Shown here piece after piece: positions 47,960 through 59,800 of a DNA stretch of 64,000 nucleotides. Source of the stretch: Hemiscyllium ocellatum (taxonomy: Eukaryota); contig NC_083435.1 of NCBI RefSeq assembly GCF_020745735.1, forward strand, positions 37,101,090 through 37,165,089, read 5' to 3'. The translations under genes were made by a program, and so were the position numbers. Position 1 is the stretch's first letter. Every line of letters begins with the position of its first letter. The notes beneath the pieces were generated by a model, which was given only the letters and a program-made list of their open reading frames with translations, ran no database searches and was not told the origin of the DNA.

Positions 47960-49185
47960 ATAGTGTTCCCCAACAGGAAACCCTGGATGAATCAGGACAA
48001 TCAAAATCTGCTAAAAACCAGGCGTGAGGCCTTCACATCAGGAGACCCACTCAAATATAAGGAACCCAGGTGTGACCTTTGCAGAGCCATGAAGACAGCC
48101 AAGGACCAATACGGATCCAAACCAGAGACCCAGACAGACACCCGACAACTATGGCAAAGACTGAATGACATCACAGGATCGAAAAAGAGACAGTGCAAGA
48201 TAGCAGACGGTGACACATCCCTCCCAGATCGTCTCAATGCCTTCTCTGCTCGCTTTGAGCAGAATTTCAGCAGAGAGGTAACACCTGCCCTGACAAGTCC
48301 TGACCAACTAATCCCAACAGTCACTGCATCGCCAAATACCAGACTAATGCCATTTACAAGTTCGTTGATAACACCACCATAGTCAGTCAAATCCCAGATG
48401 GCAACAAAACAGAGTACAGACGGGAGGTGGGAGGCCTGGAAAATGGCGCACTGAGAACAACTGAGCTCTCAATGCTAGCAAAACCAAAGAACTCATTATT
48501 GACTTTCGGCGGAATGTTACTCATGCCCCCCTGCACATTAACAGCACAATAACAGGAACAAGTGGAGAGGGTCAAGCTCCTGGGAGTGGTGTCAGCAACA
48601 AGCTTCCTTGGACTCTTCATGCGGACACACTGGTTACAAAGGCCCAGCAACGTCTCTTCCTCCTCAGGCAGCTGAGGGAATTTGGCATGCCGCTCTGCCA
48701 ACTTTTATAGGTACACCATCGAGAGCATTCTGTCTGGGTGTATCACTACCTGGTATGGCAACGGTACCATTCAAGATCGGAGACTGTTACAGAGAGTGGT
48801 GAACTCAGCCCAGACAATCACAAAGGCCAACCTCCCATCTATAGAATCCATCTACCAGGCCCACTGTCAAGGAAAGGTCACCAGCATTCTCAAAGCTCCA
48901 TCCCACCCTGGCAATGTTTTTCTATACCCTCTACCATCAGGGAGAAGGTACAGAAGCCTGAACACATCCACCAGCTGGTTTTGGAGCCGTTTCTACCTGA
49001 CTGTTGTTAGAATACTGAATGGACTCACAAACTCTTAATATTCGCCTGTACCTGTGTTTTTGTTTTTACCGCTATTCACCTATTATTTACTTACCGTGCT
49101 ATTTAACTGTGTGATCTGCCTGTATTGCTCGCAAAACAAAACTTTTCACTGTGTCTCTGTATATGTGACAATAAATTCAATTAAA
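47960..49185 (+). mobile_element. Rex1/Babar LINE remnant (internally deleted duplicate of 12715-14548)
   Basis: Same 5' and 3' sequence, but the central RT segment is missing. Confidence 0.8.
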
Positions 49186-49189
49186 TTGC

Positions 49190-51010
49190 TGTAATGCTCT
49201 CCACATTTCTGGGTGGTACACAATTGATTTAAATTATTTGGATTTCTAAGCTCTTTCTAATTTCCTTGAATAACTTTGATGAAAAATTTGATCCTTGTTC
49301 CAATTGCATTTCTACGGGTTGTCTGTAACGAGGGAAAAATATTGAGTAATTCTTCTACACTCCTTTCAGCCATGCTATATCATTCTGGAATGGCCTCTGG
49401 AAATCTCAGAGACACATCCATTATGGTCAACAAATACTGATCCCCACTTTTTGTTTTAGGTCTGGATCTGATGCAATAATTAAAACTTTTGCAAAAGATT
49501 CATCAAATGCTGGAATAGGTATGAAAGGTGTTGGTTTTATTAATAAATGAGTTTTCCAATTATCTGACATGTCTGGGAAAATGCAAGAACATCTTTCTGC
49601 AGTCCAGGCCAATAAAAATAAACTTCTATTTTCCTTATTCCCAAATGACCTCCTGCTGGTAACTCTCATGGTGCTACCCACAACCCCTCCTTTATATCAC
49701 ACACCAGTAATACAGCCTGATAAGCTCCTGCCCATTTTTCACCCACTTGAATATGTGATGGTCTCCATTTCTTCATCAACACTTCGTTTTTAAGATACTG
49801 ACATTGTGGGATATGTGCAGATTCACCTTTTCAGTACGACTGCTTTATTTTTCCACCTTTCTGTTGTATTTTAGCTAATGTCTCTGAGCTAGAAAGCATC
49901 TGCTTTGTTCTTGAACTGTTTTTGCTTTTTCTCCAGAACTTGATCAAATATAGCTTATGATACCTGAATTTTAACTCCCTTATCTCGCCTGTTTGAGTTC
50001 TCTTTCTGTTCAACCTGTGGCTTTGTGACCTTGTTATCACACATTCAGGAAAGATCCCAGAGTGAACTGTTCTGGAACTGAGAATTTCTCTGTTACTCCA
50101 TCCACCACGTTTCATCAGACCCTCTAACTTCGCCTTCCGTGAAAGAATACGACTTTTCTCACCATGGACTCCGTGTGTTCTAGTAATACTCTTTCTAATT
50201 ACACATCTCCTTATCTCTCCCAAACAATGATTGACTTGCTCCTGTATCTCCGAAAATCATAATTTCTTTTCCTACTCCTCCTGGTAAACGTGGGGAAACT
50301 TTACTCGCTCAAGTGTTGCAAAGTTGAGGAGAGTACGTGTGGATTGGAAAGCATGAAGTTAGAATTTGGTGTTTGTAAAATACGTGTGGTAGGTGGAGGA
50401 AAGAATCGCATGGTCCCTTGAAAAGATCATGTGCTTTTTCCACACTTAGAGATTTACAATGGATGTCTGTGAACAGCAGCTTGCAAGTTTGCAAGTACAC
50501 AGAGAGCACCCAAACTAACACATTATATTGAAAGGTCATGCAGTTAGCAGGCAAAATGCCAGCTGTTTTTTCAATCCAACAGGTTTTTGAATTTAGCCAA
50601 TTAATTTGAACAGGTACTTAGCTACCAAAAATGTATTAAATTTAAATCTGATGATTTTAACAACATAGGACCAGCCCTATCATGTGAAATATTGATATGT
50701 CATCAAGGGGATAAAGGAAGGGGCCAGTTGGATGAAGACCCCAGAGCTAACTCCCCTCCAGCAGAGCCAACAGCCCTCAGCTCTCAAGAGAGAATCGCTG
50801 GCTCTCGAGTTGGATAAATAAATGGTGATGAGTTGATTTTAAAGTGAGTGTCAGGGATTTATTTTATTGAACCACTTGAAGTTGCTGAGAAACAGGTTAC
50901 ACCACTCGGCACTCCCCCTTTTACAGATTATGAGGTGAGGTGCCCCTATTTGCTATTTCTGTTTAGTTCTTGGAGATGGAGGGGTCAACCTCCACTTTAT
51001 AACACAAGGA
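49190..51010 (-). mobile_element. Gypsy (Gmr1-like) integrase, gag and probable 5' LTR, copy 2
   Basis: Duplicate of 14560-16662; PIPAFDESFAKVLI. Confidence 0.7.
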
Positions 51011-51509
51011 AATTCTTCACAGTTTTAACTCTCTGCTCCTCCACATGAGTTCTCATTACTTCACAAAGTGAATTCTTGAACTCAAACAAAGTTGTCTCTC
51101 CAAGAGTATGATAAGAGTCTGATTTATTTGCATCCACTTCACAATGTTACTTTGTTTGATCTTTTCTAACTTTGACCAAGTTCTTCCGTTAGATTTTGAA
51201 ATTGTTTTCTTTCAGCTTCTGGTACAAGTTCATATGAACATGAGATGGCTGTTTTTAGAATCATAGATTCATTGACTCCCTACAGTATGGGGACAGGCCA
51301 TTTGGCCCAACAAGTCCAACCCGACCCACCGAAAGGTATCCCACAAAGACCCCACATCCTGTGTCCAGCCAACGGGAGAAAGGTCAGTTTTCCCTGTGTC
51401 TGTTTCACAGCGAGTAACTCAACCTGTCTGTGTCTGATCTCCCTGGGAACTGGTGACTGAATCTGTTCATCTCTTTATTGGGTTTTTTACTGAGACTGGT
51501 TCGGCAGCT

Positions 51510-51673
51510 TCAAGTTCAGGAAATGATCAAATTACTTTGTCGATCGGGAAATGGCATCATGGTAGAAACAAACGTTTATCTTATTTATTTTTCAGTTTGT
51601 GAACAGCAGATATTTTCCAATCACTGTTTTATTCCCAGTCCCTGATTGGAATAGGGAGAGTGGATTCCCAGAA
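51510..51673 (+). promoter_or_regulatory. Putative proximal promoter of gene B
   Basis: Same motif set as gene A: CAGGAAATGATC, CCAAT, CTGATTGG (51642-51649), TTCCCAGAA (51665-51673). Confidence 0.45.
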
Positions 51674-51724
51674 TGCTGCTGATTCTTCTCTCCATCTCCC
51701 TGTGTTTTTCCCGGGTCTCTCCCG
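51673..51724 (+). CDS. Gene B leader exon
   Basis: MLLILLSISLCFSRVSP+G|gtaagt. Confidence 0.85.
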
Positions 51725-51934
51725 GTAAGTACAGAATTCAGCTTTCCATTCTCTCTTTCTCTCTCACTCTCTCTCTCTTTGTGTCTCTGGGGTGAATGTG
51801 AGTCTCTTGGGGAGAGTTTGAAATGGGGGATGTTTGATCAGCCGCCTGTTATACAGCCAGCCTGATCTTTTACACATTGAAGGCAGCACAGTCTGGGAGA
51901 CTCTGATGGGATCTGTGCCCAGGTTCCTAATCTA

Positions 51935-52770
51935 AAACTTCCTTAACAGTGCAAGGTTTGTGAAGGTTTGTAGCTCAGGTTGAGGTTTAGGGTGTAGGTT
52001 TGCTCACTGAGCTGTAGGTTTGATATCCAGATGTCTCATTACCTGGCTCAGTAACATCATCAGTGGCAACCTCCAAGTGAAGGAAGCTGTTGTCTCCTGC
52101 TTTCTATTTATATCTTTCTCCTGGATGGGGTTCCTGGGGTTTGTGGTGATGTCATTTCCTGTCCGCTTTCTGAGGGATTGATAGGTGGTATCTAGATCTA
52201 TGTGTTTGTTATGGCGTTGTGGTTGGAGTACCAGGCCTCCAGGAATTCTCTGTTATGTCTTTGCTTAGCCTATCCCAGGATAGATGTGTTGTCCAGTCGA
52301 ATTGGTGGGGTTTTTCATCCGTGTGTAGGGCTATGAGGGAGAGAGGATCATGTCTTTTTGTGGCTAGCTGGTGTTCGTGTATCCTGGTGGCTAACTTTCT
52401 TCCTCTTTGTCAATGTAGTGTTTGTCGCAGTCCTTACATGGAATTTTGGAGATGACGTTGGTTTTGTCCATGGGTTGTACTGGGTCTTTTAAGTTTGTTA
52501 GTTTTTGTTTGAGAATGTTGGTGGGTTTGTGTGCTACTAGGATTCCAAGGGGTCTTAGTAGTCTGGCTGTCATTTCTGAAACTTCTTTGACGTATGGTAA
52601 GGTGGTTAGGGTTTCTGGCTGTATTTCCCGAAGCTCGTCTGTGCCGCAGTGTGTGGTGGCTCGTTGGAATAGTGTTCTGATACAGCTTTGTTTGTGTATG
52701 TTGGGATGGTTGCTGGTGTAGTTAAGTATTTGGGCAGTGTTTGTCGGTTTTCTGTATACGTAGATTGGTT
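51935..52770 (-). mobile_element. Penelope-like C-terminal/GIY-YIG fragment in intron 1 of gene B
   Basis: ORF 52391-52573(-): RLLRPLGILVAHKPT...KTNVISKIPCKDCDKHYI; degenerate ctgatgatgttac...gagacatc pLTR. Confidence 0.8.
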
Positions 52771-53049
52771 TGTGGCCTCATGGCCAGTTGTAATGACAGA
52801 GGTCCTGTGCCCGCCAACAGCAAGGTGATTGGTTGTCAGGGAACTGAACAGCTCAGGGCTGACAGCAAAATTGAACTGAATTTATTGCCACGTACACCGA
52901 TTCACAACCCTTTGGGAGAAGTAGCTTCTCCTCAACTCTGTTTGAAATTTGCTCCCTCTCATCCTACAACCTCTCGTCCGAGAATGCCCCACAAGGGGAA
53001 GCAGCCATTCCCCATCTATTTTATCCATAGCTTTTTATTAACTTGACAA

Positions 53050-54000
53050 CCTCAATTTGATCTCCACACATTCTTCGAAATTCCAGACAGTATCGGCCTA
53101 CACTGGTCAATCTCTCTTCATGTGACAAACCCCTTATCTCTGGGATCAATCTCATGAACCCTCCTGGGAACTGCCTCCAATGCCATTGCATCTTTCCTCA
53201 AATAAGGGGACCAGAACTGTGCACAATACTCCAGGTGCGGTCTCACCAATGCCTTGGATAGCTGCATCAATACGGCCTTCCCTTTATATTCTATTCCCTG
53301 AGCTAGGAAAGACAACATTCCATTCACTTGCTTTACTATCTGCTGGACCTGCATGCTAGCTTTCTGTACCTCATGAATGAGGACACCCACCTCCCTCTGT
53401 ACCTCAGCATCACAAGTCTCTGCCCATGTAGATAAAAGGTCACCTTCCCATCGCTCGACCCCAAAGCATGACCTCACACGTATCTGTGTTAAACGCCATC
53501 TGCCACATTTTGGATGAGTCCCCACCCTATCTGTTGTAAGGTTCCTGTTTCCTCATTACAATTTACTCTCCTGCCTATTTTGGGCAACCGGGCCTTCTCT
53601 CCCTGTATCCAAGTTGTGAACGTAGATTGTCAATGACTGGGGCCCAAGGACCAAACCCTGTAACACCCCAATCATAACGATTTATCCCGACTCTCTGTCT
53701 TCTGTCCATTAGCCAGTCATCTGCACAAGATAATAAATTACTCATAATCCCATATGATCCAACTTTGTGTATTATCCTTTTGTGCGGCACCTGATCAAAT
53801 ACCTGCCAAAAGTCCCGATACATTACACCTAAAGGATCCCCATTACCCACTTTGCTTCTCACATCTTCAAAGCCATCCAGCAAATGAGTCAAACATGATT
53901 CGCCCTCCATCAACCCATGCTGACTCTGATGGACCACAGTCTGACTGGCCACCTGTCCTGATATTGCTTCCTTAATCATTGGTTCTAACACTTTCCCAAC
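53050..54000 (-). mobile_element. CR1 RT/3' remnant
   Basis: KALVRPHLEYCAQFWSPYLRKD; DFWQVFDQVPHKR. Confidence 0.85.
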
Positions 54001-54109
54001 ATCTGATATTCAAAAATTACAGACCAGTTAGTTTAATTAGATTAGTATTTTTCCGATGCACGGGAGCTTTTCCCACGTAGAGGGAATTTTGGAATATTGT
54101 AATGAATGG

Positions 54110-54960
54110 ATCCGTTATCTCCACTGTCACTTCCTTTAATACCCTCGACTCTCGGCCATCCCAACAATCTCTCTCTCTTCCTTCCCACTGTTCTCTCTCT
54201 CTCTTTCCCCTCCCCAGTCTATCTCTCTCTCTCTCTCTCTCTTTCTGTTCCTCCTGAGTCTCTCCACCTCCTCCCAGCTCTTATCCCCTCCCTCACCATA
54301 AGCCTTTTCCCATCTCCTCCCCATTCTTTTATCCAACCTTCCCCAGAGTCTCATTTCCCTCCCTGGTCTCAACCCCTCCACCCCACTCCCCATCCCAGTT
54401 TCTTTCTGTCCTGTGTAATCTCTCTCTTCCCCCTCCTTCACAGTCTTTATCCCCTCATCAGTCCCTTTGCTCCTCCCAATCCCTTTCCTTCCCCTGCAAT
54501 ATCTTTACCTTCTGCGCCTGCCTCTCGCCCTTCTCGATCTGTAACCCCTCCCATTCTTTTCCTCCAGGTCCCAGTCTCTTTTGTCCTCATCCCAATGCTG
54601 TCTCTTCACCTCTAACCTTCCTTATCTCATTTCTAAACCCTCCACATTCTCTCCTCACTCCTCAGTGTCCCTCCTCCATGCTGTACAGTCTCTCTTCCCC
54701 ATTTCCCAGTTCCTCCGCAGTGTGTCTCTCTCTCCCCCATCCCCAGTATTTATTTTCTAATGCAAGTCTCCATCCCACCCCAATTTCTGTCTCTCCCCAA
54801 TCACTGTCCCTCCCCAATCTCTGTCCCTCCCCAGTCTCTGCCCCTCCCCAATATCTGTCCCTCCCCAGTCTTCCTCTCTTCATCCCCGAAGTCTCTCTTC
54901 CTCCCCACTACCAGTCACATTCTGTCTTGTTTGCTAGTTCCTCTCCCTCCCAGTTTCCCT
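54110..54960. repeat. Polypyrimidine low-complexity tract with short 'tctgtccctcccc' repeats
   Basis: Roughly 850 bp that is strongly C/T-rich on the + strand. Confidence 0.8.
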
Positions 54961-55015
54961 TCCAGTGCTTGTTCTGCAGTTTGATAACCAGCTCCTCGAA
55001 CTGTTTATATTACAG

Positions 55016-55276
55016 AAACTAACTCACCAACTTTGAAATATACAATTGTCTCAGGAGCACAAGATTTCCCTGAAGTCATTGTTGTTGCGATGGTCAATGG
55101 AATACAGACAGGTTACTTTGACAGTGATACCCATCGCTGTGTCCCCAGGCAGCAGTTCCTGACTGAATCACTCGGTGTGAAATTCTGGGACGATGCTACA
55201 GATCAGGCAATCACACACACCGGGCTGGCAAAGGAGAATCTGAAATCGATCATGAAAAGGACAAACCAGACTTCAG
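55016..55276 (+). CDS. Gene B alpha-1 exon (open)
   Basis: attacag| ETNSPTLKYTIVSGAQDFPEV...FWD...MKRTNQTS G|gtaaa; 261 nt. Confidence 0.88.
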
Positions 55277-55315
55277 GTAAAATCTCACCGTCAATTGTCC
55301 ACATTATCCCCAAGG

Positions 55316-55855
55316 CACTCCACTCAGTCCATCTCCCAGCACTGACCCCTGGGTCACTCCACTCAGTCCATCCCCCAGCACTGATCCCTGGGTCACTCCA
55401 CTCAGTCCATCTCCCAGCACTGACCCCTGGGTCACTCCACTCAGTCCATCTCCCAGCACTGACCCCTGGGTCACTCCACTCAGTCCATCCACCAGCACTG
55501 ACCCCTGGGTCACTCCACTCAGTCCATCTCCCAGCACTGACCCCTGGGTCACTCCACTCAGTCCATCCCCCGGCACTGACCCCTGGGTCACTTCACTCAG
55601 TCCATCCCCCAGCACTGACCCCTGGGTCACTTCACTCAGTCCATCCCCCAGCACTGACCCCTGGGTCACTCCACTCAGTCCACCCCCCAGCACTGACCCC
55701 TGGGTCACCCCACTCAGTCCATCCCCCAGCACTGACCCCTGGGTCACTCCACTCAGTCCATCCCCCAGCACTGACCCCTGGGTCACTTCACTCAGTCCAT
55801 CCCCCAGCACTGACCCCTGGGTCACTCCACTCAGTCCATCCCCCAGCACTGACCT
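55316..55855. repeat. 39-bp minisatellite, ~14 copies, in intron 2 of gene B
   Basis: Unit gcactgacccctgggtcactccactcagtccatc(t/c)ccca, translating as ALTPGSLHSVH(L/P)P. Confidence 0.95.
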
Positions 55856-56050
55856 TGGAATGAAAAGTGAAATGAGGACTGTCAACTAATTCTGCAACTT
55901 TAACTTGAGATTGGAACCCTTTCCCCTCTGATCAGACTGTGACCCTCATCCCCGATTTCCATCTGATATTTGATCCCCTTTCCCTCTGATCAGACAGTGT
56001 GTGATTATCTATTGTTTATTGATGATTGATCCCTGTCTGGTCACTGACAG

Positions 56051-56313
56051 GAATTCACACTCTCCAATGGATACATTCTGTTGAGGTCAGTGAAGATGGT
56101 TCTGTGAAGAGATCAATGAGATTTGGATTTGATGGAAAGGACCACATTAGTTTAGAGCCAGACAGAATGAGATGGGTTGCCGCAAATCACTTTGCAGTGA
56201 TCAATAAAGAGAAATGGAATTCGGATCAATCCTGGAACTACTATTGAGAATCTTATCTGCAAAAAACATCTGTTGAACATTTAAACAGATATCTGGAAGT
56301 TGGAAAGGATTAT
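56051..56313 (+). pseudogene. Gene B alpha-2 exon, disrupted
   Basis: gacag| GIHTLQWIHSVEV...FGFDGKD...NKEKW...YY*ESYLQKTSVEHLNRYLEVGKDY; in-frame TGA and loss of the 3' end and donor. Confidence 0.88.
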
Positions 56314-56425
56314 GTAGTTCAGTTTTGTTCCATGTTCTAATCTAACCTCACTGATCTATGAAACTGTTCTCCCATTCCATTCAGTGTCTGTCTATTGTTT
56401 GTGTTTTCCCCCTTTCCCATCACAG

Positions 56426-56704
56426 TTCAGCCTGAAGTGTTCATCTCCAGGAGGGAGCCCAATGGTCAGGACAAGCCGCTCACTCTCTCCTGCCTGGTCA
56501 CTGGGTTTTATCCTGTAGACATCGAGGTGACCTGGCTAAGGAATGGAGAGGTCATGTCTGAGACCCAATCCTCGGGGGTTCGACCGAACCACGATGGGAC
56601 CCATCAGATCCAGAAAGAGATTGAGATCAATGCTGGGGATGAGGATCAATACTCCTGTCAAATTGAACACAGCAGCCTGGCAGAGGGCAAGCTCTATCAG
56701 TGGG
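56426..56704 (+). CDS. Gene B alpha-3 exon (open)
   Basis: 82/92 aa identical to gene A a3 by hand count; AG/GT boundaries conserved. Confidence 0.9.
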
Positions 56705-56805
56705 GTAAGGGACTGGAGTGTGTGTGTGTGTATGTGTGTGTGGAAATATTCAATTGATCCTCAGCGCTCACAGCAATTTGGTTAGAAAACTCCAGATTTC
56801 CATTT

Positions 56806-59800
56806 GCATCAATAGGAGGCCTCTGATTGGTCCGGTAACCTGATCCAATCAGGGAGTCCTGACTGACATTAAAAAAAGGGTGTGTCAGAGGTATTGAGGG
56901 TCTGGCAGCTGAATCTGAATGAGGTACCACTAAAGTCTAGGACTGTTCTTGTGTAAATGAAGGGTGACTTGGTGAGTGAATGCTAGCTTCTGTAGGGCTA
57001 TTCCAGTGGCAATGGGAGTAAAGCATGATCGTGAAGAAACTTGCTCACAACAGGCACCTTTCAGCCAGGGGAGCATTTGGTACATCATGCCTTTGTTTGG
57101 GAAACTTGACTCGTTCGATCCTGCCATCGAGGACTGGGCCCAGTGTGTGAAAATAAGGTGGCATATTTTCTGGGCAAATGGCATTGTGGCAGGTGAAAAG
57201 CAACAAGTAATTCTCCTGACAGCTTGTGGAGCTGCAGCTTTTTCTGTTATTAGGATTCTAGCTTTCCCTGTGGCACCAGGTACTAAAACCTTTCAAGCAT
57301 TGATAGGAATAATTAAGGAATATTATGAGCAAAAGCCTCCTCTAATTCTGAGATGCTCTCATTTTTATTTGGCAATTCAAGAACCAGGAAAATCCACACT
57401 GGGATATCTGACTAGGTTAAGAAGACTGGCAAAAGTATGTGAAATCGGTTTAACCCTTAATGAGATGCTTAGAGAATGGTAGGTGAAATTACTGCTGTAA
57501 CTATGATGTAATACTGATATAACTGTGATGTAATGAATGATGTAACTATGCAAAAACACCTACTGGCTGAATCTCAACTGCACTTCAGGCAGCTACTACA
57601 ACTGGCTTTATCATTGGAAAATGCAGCAAATGGAGCTCATGAATTACAGGGTATTCCAATGGAAGTGGACACCCTCGACAGTCCGACTGAGCTTGGAGGA
57701 CACCATCTGGATGCATGCAATTGCATAGCCTCAGTCAGGACATATCGATCAGAGGGACTTGAGGTTGGCTCACCATAAAACACTAAACCAAGCCTCAACA
57801 AACAGTTAAAATGTTGATCAGGATCCTGGCCATTAAGGCATTGCAGTTTCTGTCGGTGGGTGGAATTGAGACAGCAAAAGTGTCCTAGTCGACTTAAATT
57901 GAGCGAGATAAATTATAGCCCCATATCCAGGTGGGTATCCTGAAAAATCCATCCATATCTGGTTTGGAACAGTTAAATTGCATCGCGACATCAAAATCAG
58001 AACCAACCAATTAAAACGTCTGGTTAACTGGTCATTCTGTTCTGATGGAGGTCGATCCGAGTGCAGCTGTATCAGTGATCACAGAACCAACCTTTAACAA
58101 GATTCACTCTGAACTCCAACCCTTAACTTTGCAGAAGATCTTGGCCAGACTGAGAACCTCAACTGAGGAAGCTTCAGAGAATAGGGGTACAACTTCAGTT
58201 CCGCTCTTTCATGGAAGGCAGCTGGTTCAGTTACCAGTGATTGTGCTAAAAGCTTCAAATCCGAGCTTAATGGGGAGAAATCAGTTGTGAGAGATTCACC
58301 CCAAATGGCTCAAGATGTTTCACTTAGAAAATGGCTGCTTGAGTGAAATTCAATTTAATTACCTGCAGATCTAGGGGTTATCAGAGGAGCCAAACCACCT
58401 TGCATGTTGACCAGGAATCAATCCCATGATGCTGTAAGGCCTGCCCAGTGCCATTGGCCTTATGGGCAAAAGTCAAGGCAGAAATTAGAAGGCTGGAAAG
58501 TGAAGGAATGATCAAACCAGTCCAGTTTGTGAAATAGGCAGCAGTGATTGGAATGGTACTGAAGCCCAGTGGGTCGGTTTGCCTTTGTGGGGATTTTAAA
58601 CAAAGTGTAAACTGCTTTTGACAACAGAATAGATAGGCATCCCCTCAGGATTTGTGCCCAACGTTGGTGCAGGATGGGAGTTCTCCTTCACACAGCTGGA
58701 CATGAGCCACACTTACTTGCAATTGTGATCAGACCAGGTTCCCAGACGTATGCTACAATTAATATCCATCAGGGATTGTACCAAGATACAAGACTGCCAT
58801 TTGAGGTATTGTCAGCCTGTTCGATCTTTCAGTGGACAATAGAGAACATCTTGCATGGTCTACCCCAGGTCGCCATTTACTTAGATGGTAAATTAGCCAA
58901 TAACAGGGAAAACGAATAAGGAGCAGAGAACTGGATATAGTCCAAAAGTGGTTTTCCAAGGCAGGCATTTGCCTAAGAAGGGAAAATGTGTATCCCAAAT
59001 GATCTACTTGGGATACAGATTCGACAACTCTGGGTTACACCTGTTGGAAGATAAAGTGAGGGAGATCAAAGGTGCTCTGGTTCCTACGTCTGTCCAGGAA
59101 CTTATGTCATATCTTGGGCTGGTAAATTATTTTGGAAAGTTTGTACATAACCTGGCCTCCGTCCTGGCACCATTACATCAACTCGTGACAGAAAGGATCA
59201 GCCTGGGAAATGGTTGCAAACATAAGACCGAGCTTTCAATGAAGGAACGATACAACTGTCATCCTCTAAGGATTGGCACTCTGTGATCCCAAGAAAGACC
59301 GAGTATTGACATGCAATGTCTCCCAGCACAGCATTGGGGTCGTATTAGCTGATGATGGCTCAGTGGAGAGGAACATCCAACAGCATATACGTCTAGGGCT
59401 TTGGCCAATGCAGCACGTAAATACACCCAGATACAGAAGGAAGGATTGATGGTCATATCTGGGGTCAGGACATTCCACCAATACCTTTATGAATTAAAAT
59501 TTGTGATAATCATGGACTACTTGGTGTGTTTAAAGAGGACAAGGCAGGGCCACCCTGTAATTTTGGGCCACCTTCAATGGTGGGTTCTAATACTAAGTGC
59601 TTACAATTGCAAGCCAGAACACTGCCTGGGAGGCTGAGTAGTGAATGTGGATGTATTGAGCCGCCTACCATTAGCAAATACACCACTGGTAGCGCCCCCC
59701 AGTGGAACGGTCTGTAATGGCATTAAACTTTCTGGACAAGCTCCTAATCAGAGCTGGCTATCAGGCTTTGGACACAGAAAGATCCAATCCCTTCAAACTG

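Larger units (their letters stand above)
51673..56704 (+). pseudogene. Gene B: MHC class I-like pseudogene (leader 51673-51724, a1 55016-55276, broken a2 56051-56313, a3 56426-56704); TM and cytoplasmic exons not in window
   Basis: Leader identical in protein to gene A; a1 261 nt and open; a2 has TGA at 56245-56247 (Trp in gene A) and lacks 17 nt including the donor; a3 279 nt and open. Confidence 0.85.

Noticed and set aside
55304-55885. 193-aa minus-strand repeat ORF (GSVLGDGLSGVTQ)n
   Set aside because: Antisense reading of the 39-bp minisatellite, with no start context, splice signals or homology.
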